64,000 nucleotides of DNA. It comes from Trichoplax sp. H2 (lineage: Eukaryota). The number at the start of each line of letters is the position of its first letter. The stretch's first letter is position 1. The position numbers and the translations under genes were made by a program. Under the pieces are notes generated by a model that saw only the letters and a program-made list of their open reading frames with translations, had not been told where the DNA came from and made no database searches. This document shows, one piece after another, positions 47,901 through 60,524 of the stretch. Location: NCBI GenBank assembly GCA_003344405.1, contig NOWV01000001.1, positions 1,426,001-1,490,000 on the forward strand. The letters are read 5' to 3'.

Positions 47901-48244
47901 CGGCAATTGTGCAATGGCTAGCTTGTATCGGACAGTTTTCTATCACATTATGAGCCTTTGAAAATTGGCTAACACTGCGTAGAGCAGCATCTATCTTTCT
48001 AGTCAATGAACGATGCCTTAAAGTAACGCAGGGCGAGTAATGATGTTCGATAATGCAACAGTGATTTACAATTTTGAATAGAATGAATCAAGTCATTGAT
48101 GGAATTGATAATCGCTGCTACGCTATTTAGTCCTAGTTATACCTGAATATTAGCAGAAGAAAGAGAAGAAGGGAAATTACTGACGAAAAGCGTCTTGGTA
48201 TAATCTGGTTGATAAAAATCGACAATTTCCTTGACCATTTCCAT
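44954..48244 (-). CDS. RDM1: RAD52 motif-containing protein 1 (RRM plus RAD52-like RD motif)
   Basis: Exons read MEMVKEIVDFYQPDYTKTLFVSNFPSS...IQ | ERLESICSAFGLICGIKCF | YAFVQYYSKVAAIQAQKELNG | ...KCYDLANFYLGFNGWSVNIVS | LREVD...AIGDGLAE | ... | KSTKLAYQRACRDAYSQLLFVILNNGKLYIE...*. These are collinear with vertebrate RDM1 motifs as recalled (KTLLV, FSQFGLL, ELANYYFGFNG, KLAIQKALSDAFQKLLIVVLESGK). Confidence 0.85.
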
Positions 48245-48379
48245 GACATTGAATGTACTGTATAGGAGCGCTGCGGTAAAGCGTTGATCAAATGGACTAA
48301 TTCCTTTAGCAAGTAGTGGTTTCACCCTTTGCAGCCAAGGCAATAAGCCTGTGCCGTAGTCATCATGTCGTAGCCAAAG

Positions 48380-49090
48380 GGACTGAACTTGAGATTTGGT
48401 TGTTTAATGGAGAGATTGCAGCAGGGGCAGAACTTGAGATTAGGGTGTTGAATGGGGAGACTGCAGAAGTTGAGATTTGGCTGTTGAATGGAGAGACTGC
48501 AGAAGTTGAGATTTGGCTGTTGAATGGAGAGACTGCAGAAGTTGAGATTTGGCTGTTGAATGGAGAGACTGCAGAAGTTGAGATTTGGCTGTTGAGTGGA
48601 GAGACTGCAGAAGTTGAGATTTGGCTGTTGAAGTTGAGATTTAGCTGTTGAATGGAGAGACTGCAGAAGTTGAGATTTGGCTGTTGAATGGAGAGATTGC
48701 AGAAGTTGAGATTTGGCTGTTGAATGGAGAGATTGCAGAAGTTGAGATTTGGCTGTTGAATGGAGAGNNNNNNNNNNNNNNNNNNNNGCAGAAGTTGAGA
48801 TTTGGCTGTTGAATGGAGAGACTGCAGAAGTTGAGATTTGGCTGTTGAATGGAGAGACTGCAGAACTTGAGATTTGGCTGTTGAATGGAGAGACTGCAGA
48901 AGTTGAGATTTAGCTGTTGAAAGGAGAGACTGCAGCAGGGAAGGAACTTAAGATTTGGCTGTTCAATGGAGAGACTACAGCAGGGACAGAACTTGAGATT
49001 TGAGTGTTGAATGGAGAGACTGCAGAACTTGAGATTTGGCTGTTCAATCCACAGACTGCAGCAGGGACTGAACTTGAGATTTGGCTGCTC
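48380..49090. repeat. 36-bp minisatellite just upstream of the RDM1 start codon, with an N gap at 48768-48787
   Basis: At least 15 copies of gcagaagttgagatttggctgttgaatggagagact; the edge copies carry a ~9-bp insertion (gcaggggca/gcagggact). Confidence 0.95.
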
Positions 49091-49229
49091 AATGCCGATG
49101 GATCTTTTACTTGTTTTGGCTTGTGTTGATGTTTTGAACTTTGATGGATTTTGGCTTGGACTAGTGTATGAATTTGCAGTGATGACTCGATCTCTACCAG
49201 TACTGCAATACAGTTACTAGCATGGAATA

Positions 49230-50470
49230 GACTAGTAGTGGATTTCCAGTACAGTACAGTGGACTACAGTGCTGTACGACAGACATACGGACGTAGTCCT
49301 ACGTCCAGTACTCTTACAGTATACTGTCTTCAGTATTGTACAGTGTACAGTGTACAGTGTATAGTACCACCCTGACGTACTGTAAGGGATGGACTGGGGT
49401 CCAGCGCAGACTGTACAGTACAGTACTGTGCTCTCCAGTATTTGTACTGTACACTGTAGGCCAAGACGGTCGAGATCTCCTGCAACCACTACCAGCTGGA
49501 AATAGACCAGCGACGAGCACAACCAGAGCGTCATCTAGACTCGTAGACAGTACAGTACAGTGTACAGTATACTGTCTTCAGTATGGATGTTCGGGTTAGC
49601 AGCGATTGATCTACAGTCCATACTGTACAGTGTACAGTGTACAGTACCACCCGACGTACAGTACTGTAAGGGATAGACTGGAGTCCAGCGCAGAGTGTAC
49701 AGTACAGTACTGTGCTCTCCAGTATTTATACTGTCTTCAGTATGGATGTTCGGGTTGGCAGCGATTGATCTACAGTAGATACTGTACAGTGTACAGTGTA
49801 CAGTACCACCCGACGTACAGTACCTACAGTACTGTACTGTAATGGATGGACTGGAGCCCAGCGCAGAGTGTACAGTACTGTGCTCTCCAGTATTTGTACT
49901 GTACACTGTAGGCCAAGACGGTCGAGGTCTCCTTCAACCACTACCAGTTGGAAATAGACCAGCGACGAGCACAACCAGAGCGTCATCTAGACTCGTAGAC
50001 AGTACAGTACAGTGTATACTGTCTTCAGTATGGATGTTCGGGTTAGCAGCGATTGATCTACAGTCCATACTGTACAGTGTACAGTGTACAGTACCACCCG
50101 ACGTACAGTACAGTACTGTACTGTAAGGGATAGACTGGAGTCCAGCGCAGAGTGTACAGTACTGTGCTCTCCAGTATTTATACTGTCTTCAGTATGGATG
50201 TTCGGGTTGGCAGCGATTGATCTACAGTAGATACTGTACAGTGTACAGTGTACAGTACCACCCGACGTACAGTACCTACAGTACTGTACTGTAATGGATG
50301 GACTGGAGCCCAGCGCAGAGTGTACAGTACTGTGCTCTCCAGTATTTGTACTGTACACTGTAGGCCAAGACGGTCGAGGTCTCCTTCAACCACTACCAGT
50401 TGGAAATAGACCAGCGACGAGCATAACTAGACTGTCATCGACACTCGTACATAGCGCAGTATCCTCTCTT
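49230..50470. repeat. Higher-order tandem repeat (~452-bp unit, about 2.5 copies, with ~160-180-bp subunits) rich in CAGTA/TGTACA, between divergent RDM1 and TM9SF1
   Basis: 'gcgtcatctagactcgtagacag' at about 49528 and 49980. 'cttcagtatggatgttcggg' recurs, as does (cagtgta)n. Confidence 0.92.
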
Positions 50471-50557
50471 CAGTATGGATGTTGGGGGCAGTGGTAAAAG
50501 CAAGTTCATACGTCAACAGTTGCGTGTTGGCAGATTGCAGTTGGAAGTGGTGCAACA

Positions 50558-53500
50558 ATGGCTTCCGTAAGCGCGTTCACATACTTCTTCCTCTCTTGGA
50601 TCCTCTATCAAGCCAATGGAGCCACCTTTAAAGATCGAGAAAAGGTACTGTAACTTGATTTCTACCTGTCGGAAGCAAGTGATAACACTTGGGCTTGAAG
50701 AACACGACTTGATTCGACTTTCATTTCTCCCTATATTTAGATTACCATGTATGTGAATAAAGTGGGGCCTTACTTTAATCCACATGAAACTTATCATTAT
50801 TATTCTTTGCCCATTTGCCGTCCTCAAAAGGTAATTCAATCTCGTCTATTCCATTCCATTCACGGTTATCTTTTCGTCACATTAGCACTTTTGCCACCGT
50901 AGACTACTGTAGGGTAGACATCGATAAGGTATCTTTTGATCCACCATCGATACAATCAAGATGCTTTCTACACTACATTAGCCGACAACAGAATAGAAAT
51001 CTTGTACACACAGACACAACGAGTTTTGCCACCGTAGACTACTGTAGGGTAGACATCAATAAGGTATCTTTTGATCCACCATCGGTACAATCAAGATGCT
51101 TTCTACACTACATTAGCCGGACGACATATCCAGTCTAGAGCAATCATACTGTACTATCTTGGCCATCGTTGTTCATCTCATCTAGTCTTGACAAACGTAT
51201 CAAGACTAGCTAAAAAATTGCAATCAATTGACATCATTTCATCAAGCATAAATAGAATAGCACTTTCTTCTATTGATACCATAATATACAGAGAAATCAT
51301 TTACTGTAGTACGTTGACATTCACTCTAGTCTTGGTACTAATCAATTAATTAGGTTACGAAATGACAATAATGTTGATACACTAGTGGACGCTTTTCAAA
51401 ATCCATGCCAATGAGTAGCAGTGATTATTCATCGACGAGAACTCTATCCTGCAAAACAAATCAATCTATCAGCTATACTGCAGTACATCACTACCATGTT
51501 GATATTTCTACAAATGTTAGGCTTAACCTAATATGATTGAATCAATTTGTGCGCTCAAAATGGAAACTATTACCCACAATTGAATGGAATAGTTACCAAT
51601 GGATAAATCATCATACCTGTCGTTGTCATTTATATCTTGTAACTGATCTCCTACAACTAAACTACATGACCAACAATATCCCTCATAACCAGACTAGACT
51701 TCAAGTAGATCGTTGCTACTGACTTGCAATGGACAATTTTCATGACTTGTACTATACTATAGGCCTATCGAAAAATGCCATCGATCATCCCGTCTTGATA
51801 TTCTACATCGCAATGACTAAAGCTATTGCCATGTTCAATTAGCTAATGGACAATCTTACTATCAATTCTTTTTTAATCCAACATCAATTATTTCTTACAA
51901 ATGGCGACATATGACGTTGTTATATTATCCAACTGATGTCCTCTATACAAATCACACTATCCTATTCAACTTTTTTTTTCAATCCAATTAGGTCATGTGA
52001 ATGTCTTGTATCTAAACTAAGGATTGTACTACCAATCCATTTTATCGAAAGTTGTACCATGATGATAGATGATAGTATAGCAATGTGTTCAATACAAGTA
52101 TGAATGGATGAAATCACCGTATAAAATGGAAAATACACCAAGTATCCCATATTTGCAAAAAAATTATTACACTCTATTGACAGAAATGACGATAGTACTG
52201 TCATAAAGTAGCCAAGAACGACATTGTAATGCATATCTCATGGGTTGATTTGCAATATTAATTACATCTGCCTTACATACAAAGTATGCAATATTCTATT
52301 AAAATTAAATCTTCTTACAAGCAATGCCCAAGATCTACTTTTATCAAGGATGTAATGTACCTATCTATACTCATCAGTTCATTCATTCACCATATGAGTA
52401 AGATAATGTACTAAAACCATATTTTCATCCAATTAACCCCTTCAATAGGTTCCAACTTCCTTCTGTTGAATTCGATTATCATGGCACGATACCTCTTGTT
52501 TGTTCTACATTGACAAATTCTTCAAACAATAATATAGTAACACCTTGACCAATTTTATCTCACAATCAACATCGTCTCGATATTCCATCCAATTTCTTCC
52601 ATACTCTATCAAAGTATTTTTAAAATAGATTCAATTTCCTTTTAGGCAGTATTAATTAATACCTGATATACAATATCAAAGTGTTAGTTTTGATTTCAAT
52701 TATCCCAAATTATAATGGACACGTATTTCTTTAACGCTTACAGAAATGACCGTGGTAGTCTCAACTTGCTTGTAAAAGTACTGTAGACAGTATTCTACTT
52801 TCTTCTTGTATAATAATAACGCATTGGAGATATTGTTAATACGTAGAAAATGATTCGCTATTCATTCAAAATCGCACTGTTTCAATTTGAAGCCATAATA
52901 CATAGGCACTTGATAAAAATTGACAATCTTAACAAGTTGACAATTAATTACAACTCATGCTACTTAATAATTCAATCGAATAGCAATTAATATATTATGT
53001 TGCTTTTACCATCGAATATTTCAAATTTTTACTCCAATTACTGTACCTTGAAACAATATCATACGTCCTACTTTATTATATCCTGATTAATCTTAGCAAT
53101 GACGTATAATAAATAAGCTTAACTATTGTCATATACATTTCATTTCTAGAAACATTCAAGAATAAAAAATTATGTACAGAACCCTATGAAAAGAAAGACA
53201 TCGACAAATTGATTCATGCCATTGAAGAACTGTACTTTTTCGAATTTATTATCGGTAGATTGACTTAGGATAAATTATATAATCACTATAAGTAGCGTGT
53301 GGTCTCATTAGCTCCATAGCGATCAAGTGCATATAGCCTAAACAATTTCGCCATAATAGAGATTAGAAACAGTAGTCTTATCACAATGACCACAAATACA
53401 AATGTATTCATATCATTTGCGCTATAGATGATTTACCTATTCGCGGATTTGTTGGTCACTTGAAAGAAAGTGGTTTTATTCCCCATAGTCATCAAGTATA

Positions 53501-56044
53501 TCTATGGGGACATTTTGATTTCTTTTTCGAGTATAACATGGATCAGGTTTGTATCGTAAATTATCCAATTCATTTTCATAGTATGATTGTGATATAATCG
53601 CTATGCTACAATATTACAACTATATAGAATATCCTTGGTACACTAACATGCGTATTAAAAATTATCCCTTTTATCGTAGCTTATTAGCGCAAATGTTAGC
53701 ATGTCCAATGTCAATCCGATAAGCCTAGAAAACATTGACACTTTTCCGGCTCAAATCACCTATACCTATAGCGCTACATGGAAAAAGACCAAGTTATTAC
53801 CATTATTGAATTAATTAATTTTGATTCGTTGATAACACAAACTTCATTAGAAAAGAACCACAGCTACTACTATAGCGTTCTACTTCGTATTAACCCTGGA
53901 ATACAAACTTATTCATACCGTCTTCTATTTGTCCCTTTAGGGTTGCATATTCTCAGCGGATGTCAAAGAAAGATACATTTTTTCAAAAGTCTCTTGAGGT
54001 TGGTTAAATCGATTCTTTGATCATTTGCCTTCCTAATTGGCAATATTCTTTTCTGAGTTAATATTACTTTATTACTGATATGCAGATCCATTGGCTTTCC
54101 ATTATCAATTCAATTGTACTAGTAATCCTCTTAATGGGCTTCGTAGTAATCATACTGGTTAGTAATATCGATTAGTAATGGTCTTCTCTGATTTTAAACC
54201 TAAATAATTCTGATTGGTGCTTACAAATTAGATGCGTGTACTAAGGAGCGACTTCGCTCGTTATAATGTTGTAAATGATGAAGAAGACAGCTTAGGTATT
54301 TAATATCTCTAATATCTTTATATATCGTGGAATAATCTCATCTATAAAGTGTTATCATCTACTTTAGATCGGGATGATAATGGTTGGAAGGTCGTCCATG
54401 CTGACGTATTTAGACTACCAAAATACAAGTCTTTACTATCGTCTATGCTAGGTATACTGTAAATCGTCATTTGATAATCATATGCTGGACTTATAACAGG
54501 AACTGTGGATCTTTTATTGATTGAATTCAAGGCGTTGGTTCGCAATTTCTCTTAATTACTGGTTCAATTTTAATCATGGCTATGCTAAAGATGTTCAATA
54601 TTCATAGGTCAGTAGTAGATTTGATAACGTAATCTCCTTGTAATTATTTCTTAAAGTACTAATTCATAGCCTACGGCAATATAACTTCTAATAGATTACT
54701 TATAAATGTTACCAACTAGGCATGGATCAATTAATACTGCCGCTGTATTGATGTATGCCTTAACATCATTCGTCGCTGGTTACGTTTCAAGTAATTTCTA
54801 TAAAAAAATTGGTGGAGAAAATTGGGTGTGGAATATTGTATTAACTTCAACGTTATTCTCTGGTAATTAGTAATTATCACTTCTACAATAGTTCAATTAT
54901 TGCGAACTTAAACTTGTAGCTTGGAGATGTAGAGCTTTATTTCTAACTTTGACCCAACTGTTTCAATATATCTATTCTAGCCCCTTTATTTCTTGTTTGG
55001 AGTATCGAAAATTCCGTTGCTTGGTATTATGCATCCACCCAGGCTCTGCCGTTTACTACTGTTATGATTCTGGTATTAATTTGGATGTTGGGTAAATTTT
55101 TTGATAATATGCTAGTCAGTAATTCTGCTGCATTGTGTTTAATTAGTTAAACAAGATCTGAGCCATAATTTTTTCTTTCTTTAGTTGGATTCCCGTTAAA
55201 TGTTCTCGGTGGGATATTTGGTAAAAATTATGCGATATCATTCAATGCTCCTTGTCGGACAAAAAATATTGCTAGAGAAATCCCATCTGTGTCATGGTAT
55301 GGATTAATTGTGTACAGTACTTTACTAACAAGCTATTGCACGTAAGAGCTAAACTGTGAACTACTTATTTCATTTAGGTACCGCAGTGGCCCGATACTAA
55401 TGTTAATAGGCGGATTTATCCCGTTTAGGTACATTGTACAATGATAGAATCATTATTTATAATCTAGTCAATTAATTATCACCTTCTGGATGTTTTTTAG
55501 TGCTGTCTCGGTGGAATTGTACTACATTTTCGCGACAACATGGGGACGTGAACAGTACACCCTATACGGCATCTTATTTGTTGTCTATGTTATCCTATTA
55601 AGTGTAACTGTTTGCATTTCTATCGCACTGACTTATTTCCAATTATCAAATGAAGACTATCGCTGGTGGTGGCGATCTTTTAACAATACCGGGTTAGTAT
55701 ATAATTTTTGTAACCAATACCTTATCATTAAATATCGTAGATATGGATTCTTTGTAGCCATAGTTTATTAGAAAAGGATTACAATTTTGGCCACATTTTA
55801 TTCCTATTGTAACTAATGTAAATGCCTTTCTTTTACTTACAGATTTGCGAGCTTCTTTGTATTTGTTTATGCATTCTTTTACTTCGTCAAACGCTCAAAT
55901 ATGACTGGCACTTTGCAAACTTTTGAATTTTTCGGTTATACATTATTAGCTTGTTATGTCTTTTACCTAATGTTGGGTACGGTATCTTTTTACGCTTCAC
56001 TAACCTTTATAAGATACATCTACTTAAACTTGAAAATGGACTAA
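50558..56044 (+). CDS. TM9SF1: Transmembrane 9 superfamily member 1 (nonaspanin)
   Basis: Exon 1 50558-50644 (signal peptide), exon 2 50741-50830 ([23 protein letters not shown]), then [82 protein letters not shown] and [12 protein letters not shown]. One conserved exon could not be located. Confidence 0.93.
50889..51118. repeat. Pair of ~95-bp direct repeats in TM9SF1 intron 2
   Basis: 'ttttgccaccgtagactactgtagggtagacatc...ctacactacattagccg' at about 50889 and 51024. Confidence 0.88.
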
Positions 56045-57227
56045 ACTTGTATATGGTCTATGTTAGAGTCAGATAAATTTTATACTGCTGTATTGATTTA
56101 TCAGCGAATCTAATGTAAGTAAACTGTTTAGTGTAACCGTCATTCAAGATTTGCTATTGATGAAATGCTATTAGGCGAAACAATTAACTTCATCCAATTG
56201 GGCATAATGAATGGCTGATTACATATTTAGCTGTAATTATAGCTTATTAACACCTTTAAGAAAGTTTTATGTAACTAATAAATTCAAGTTGCAATAGCAT
56301 TAATCTTTCACAGTCATATGGGATTTTCAGTGGAACATAATAACATATTATATAACTACAGTGGTTCTGTACGTAGTCGCTATTTTATACCTAGATTGTA
56401 CGCTCGTGTAGTTAAGGTATTCCCCTATTTGAATACATCTATGAATTGTTTGGATGTACGAATTCTGTGTATTTACTACCTATTACCTGTTGGTTCGTAA
56501 AAATTAGAATGTTTGGACAGTTATAGTATCTGATTACCAATCATTTTAAGCGAAATCGCCTTGTTTGTTGTCGAATCTGTATTTCACTTGGCGTTGCGGT
56601 AGTTTGAGCATCGTTATGAATCTATTCTTAACCTTTTTAAATTTGTTATTGCTGCTGCTACAACTACTGTACAAATAATCCAAATAAAATGAGATTGAAT
56701 AAATCTTTGTATAGTATGATTATTCATTTGGCTATATCTTTCTATGTCGAAAAAGCACTATGGGAAATAGTATTCTAATGGACTTATATATATATATATA
56801 TACTGTATGTGCATTCGTTTCTATTGTTTGTATCACGGTAATATAATATAAGTTGTAAGACTACGGTAGATATTGTATCTAATTGATAATTAATAAATAT
56901 TACGAACGTAGTGAAATCTTAAGTAGAATATTCGAACATATCTGGCAGGCTGTGAAATAAATGGAAACGATTAAAAATATCGAAATAATTTTTGGCTTCA
57001 TAATGCGCAACTTAAAACTTTCGTCTTTACTGATAATTGTAACGCTACAACGATATAAATGATCTACTCTGTTTGTGCCTTTAATAATGCTGTGGTTTAA
57101 AACTAATGTATATGTCACCGAGATAGGCCCTCAGATAAGTAGAAAATAAGGTCACGCAGAAAATGTTATCACGTACTGTAGATTACACTGGAGATGTTAC
57201 ACAAACGAGGAACTTATGTTTGCTATG

Positions 57228-58264
57228 CTTTCATTTGACAAGACGCATATTGTTCTGTTCTATTACAGGTGAGAAGGGATATAATTTCACTCATTGACAT
57301 AGTTAGTAAAAATTATTATCGCTGTCTTATTACATTATATTGATATTACCCATATACTGTACATTAGAAATCTGTAATGTCATCTCTATTATAGAAATTT
57401 TCTATCGTAAATTAGGACACTATCAGCCGCATATTGAAAATGGCGAGTTATCTTGTGATCTACTGTATATTTGTGAAATTTATCTATTATTAGAAAGTCA
57501 AGTACATTAACGATCGACAATATGAGATAGAGAAGACCTGGACCCACGCGAAAATAATAATATAAAAAAATCATTTAAAGAAAAAAAAGAGCCGTCGGCT
57601 TAAAAATTTTTTATATATTTCTTTGGCATATATGCTTACGCGCGCGAGAAGAAATGTAAAAAAAAACTCCTGAGCCGACGATTTATTTTTTAATTCTCTT
57701 AGTTAGTTATTATATACGCGATTCGCGATTGGTCCAGGTCTTCTCTATCTCTAATAAATCTAAATAATCTGTGAAGTTTATAGTCTATGTGGAACATACA
57801 TTATAAATTATGTGGAACATTTGCAATCGAATACTCAATAATATAAGACTGATTATCCGGTTTATCTTAGAAGACTCGATTTTCCCGTATATCCATGTTC
57901 CACATAGATTATGAACTTTAATCTAATCTGATTATCCGGTTTATCTAAGCCGTTTTCGACTGTTTATATGAGGGGTAATATTTGAGATTGTGTGAACAGA
58001 TATTGTGAAGTTTATAATCTATGTGGAACATAGATTATAAACTATGNNNNNNNNNNNNNNNNNNNNCTTTCATTTGACAAGACGCATATTGTTCTGTTCT
58101 ATTACAGGTGAGAAGGGATATAACTTCACTCATTGATATAGTTAGTAAAAATTATTATCGCTGTCTTATTACATAATATTGATATTACCCATATACTGTA
58201 CATTAGAAATCTGTAATCTCATCTCTATTATAGAAAGTCAAGTACATTAACGATCGACAATATG
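57228..58264. repeat. Duplicated block flanking an N gap (57228-57524 vs 58067-58264)
   Basis: 'ctttcatttgacaagacgcatattgttctg...cgatcgacaatatg' occurs twice. The second copy lacks a ~100-bp internal segment and is not followed by the TIR element. Confidence 0.85.
57524..57751. mobile_element. 228-bp foldback/MITE-like element with perfect 21-bp terminal inverted repeats
   Basis: GAGATAGAGAAGACCTGGACC (57524-57544) is the exact reverse complement of GGTCCAGGTCTTCTCTATCTC (57731-57751). Internal arms also pair (cgtcggct/agccgacg). No coding capacity. Confidence 0.7.
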
Positions 58265-60524
58265 GCATTACTAGTTTTCGTTACTTATTTGTGAACATAA
58301 TTGCAATTATTAAATAAGAATAGATCAATATAAAGAAGCAATATCAAATATAACAGAATCTACACTTAATATCGGGATATCACCGGCAAACACAAAGTCA
58401 GATAGCAAGAATACTTTATACGTAAACCTGAAACAGAGTATAACTAAATTATTAATTAAGGATCATAACTTTAGTTATTAAACAAGAACGATGAATTATT
58501 CTAATCAAACATCCCGATAAACATATCATCATATAGCCTAAATTCGTTTATTAAGAATAAATAATTACGGTATAATTTACGGAAGTAAAGTAGAGTTGAA
58601 TAAATATTATGGAGTCTGCACTATAGTAATCATAAGTTTCTTCTAGAGTTTTTGGTTGCTTGTTATGCAAGGCATATAGAGAAAAAAAGTTATCATAACT
58701 TCAAAGAATAATATATAGTAACTAACATACTAAGTTTTACGTCATAGCCGATTCAGAACAATGAGTTTAACTTCATTCTGATCAACTCTTATATTTACAA
58801 GAAAATACAGTAATTTAATTTGTAATACGCTTACTACTCCTAGTTTGCGCTTGTTTACATTTATTTTCCGGTAAATAAATAAGTCAGACAAAATCGACTG
58901 TATCTACCTGCAATAAGCTATCAATCAATTGATTATTAACTCAACTTTACTGTAGAATACAATTTGAATTTTAAATTAATAATCAAAAATTACGATAAGT
59001 TAAAGCTTATTTATTCAGACTCTACTAGTTGTACAAGGTGTCAAACATTGATATTTCATGCTTCAGTATCGTTCAATTGTTTATTAATAAACATGAACGC
59101 AAGGGCTACATTAAAATGATACCAAAATAAAACTAAAATGATCGTTATAATTATTGTTATTATTATTATTGTCACAGTATTACTGAAACTCCCATCACTT
59201 AAAATGACAGATGTCATATATTGATCTTTCTATATCAAATAGCGTTTTTCATTCTTTCACAAGTAATTTCATTTACAAATTTCAGGATGATCAATAGCAT
59301 ATTCTTTACCTAGATAACATGAGAGATAGAGTGAGATTAGCCACTTCTTGCCGAAGTTCGGCACTCTAACTAATTTAAATAGATAAGAAATCCTTTAACT
59401 TTTATACCTACATCAATTCAGCAAGACTGATTTAATTTTTAATCAATATATTGCAATACGTCATAAATCTGTTGTAAACTTTAAGCTTTCATCCAATTTC
59501 TTCTTCTGGAATATTGTAAATTATAAAACTTTTGTTAATAATATTAATTTTGCTTACTTAATTTAAGCCATTTGATCATCTACGCGGTAATATGATATTA
59601 AATGATAAAAGAAGTTCGCAGTAGAATACTATAATATATCGATACAGTATGAAAAATTAATACTTTTATTCAAATTAATGACGTTATTATCGTACCTTTC
59701 GAACTTACTCCTACTACTCGACTGTTAACTACTACAAGTCATGATTGACAGCTAACTTGTAAACACATAGATGTTATTAATAAAACCAAAATTTAAGTGG
59801 ATGGTCTACAAGTATATCTATTCAAAATTAATAGATTAAATAAGTCCGGCTATTCAAATTATATTCGCTAATATTAAGTGCCAATGCATTATTAATACAA
59901 TCCATAAACTATCGTAGTTATTGAATAGTTCTAATCACCTGCTCCGGAAAATTATTTTTAATAAAGTTTAAGTTAATGCAAGTCCCACTACCGGTATATG
60001 ATACAACGATTGTATTTTCGCCTTACTTATTATTTCTAATTGAAAAACTGTCTCAGTTCTGTGATAATTATTAATGCTAATTAATTTATAATAAGTATCT
60101 TTATAGGAATAGAATTAGTATCACTGGCATCAATAATGATTACTAATCAAATATCCTAACTATACGATTCCGTAAGTATAAAGGTATAGCTATAATTGGA
60201 TAGATTGGAATAATAAGGATAAATAGCATCCAACGTTAGACAACCTCTTTTACAATAATAGATTATTATTCCTAGTAATAGATATATAAGAATACATGAT
60301 TATAGTAAAATCATAATATAACTTGCTATCAGTTCCATAAGCTTAGTAAAGTAATTAAGGCTAGAGTGGATTGAATTGACATCGTTTTCATCACCAAAGA
60401 GGATACGAAGACAACGTTGGATCGATTTTAATAGGTCACATCAAGAGATTTTAATCTCTTTTTACTCAATCTTAATGTTATAGACAAATATAATCTATCA
60501 TTGATTGCCGTTCAATTGGTCATT

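Noticed and set aside
48380-49090. 36-bp repeats as a CRISPR array or as a repeat protein (EVEIWLLNGETA / SPFNSQISTSAV ORFs)
   Set aside because: The units are head-to-tail with no unique spacers and no cas genes, in a eukaryotic context. The ORFs arise because the unit is a multiple of 3, and they are broken by stops and indels.
49232-50497. Many overlapping Cys/Thr/Val/Tyr-rich ORFs on both strands (also at 35769-36069 and 40106-40393)
   Set aside because: They are translation artefacts of GTAC-rich repeats and show no recognisable domain.
53629-53636. ATATCCTT resembling a U12 AT-AC donor in TM9SF1
   Set aside because: It lies inside an ordinary GT-AG intron whose boundaries already give the correct frame.
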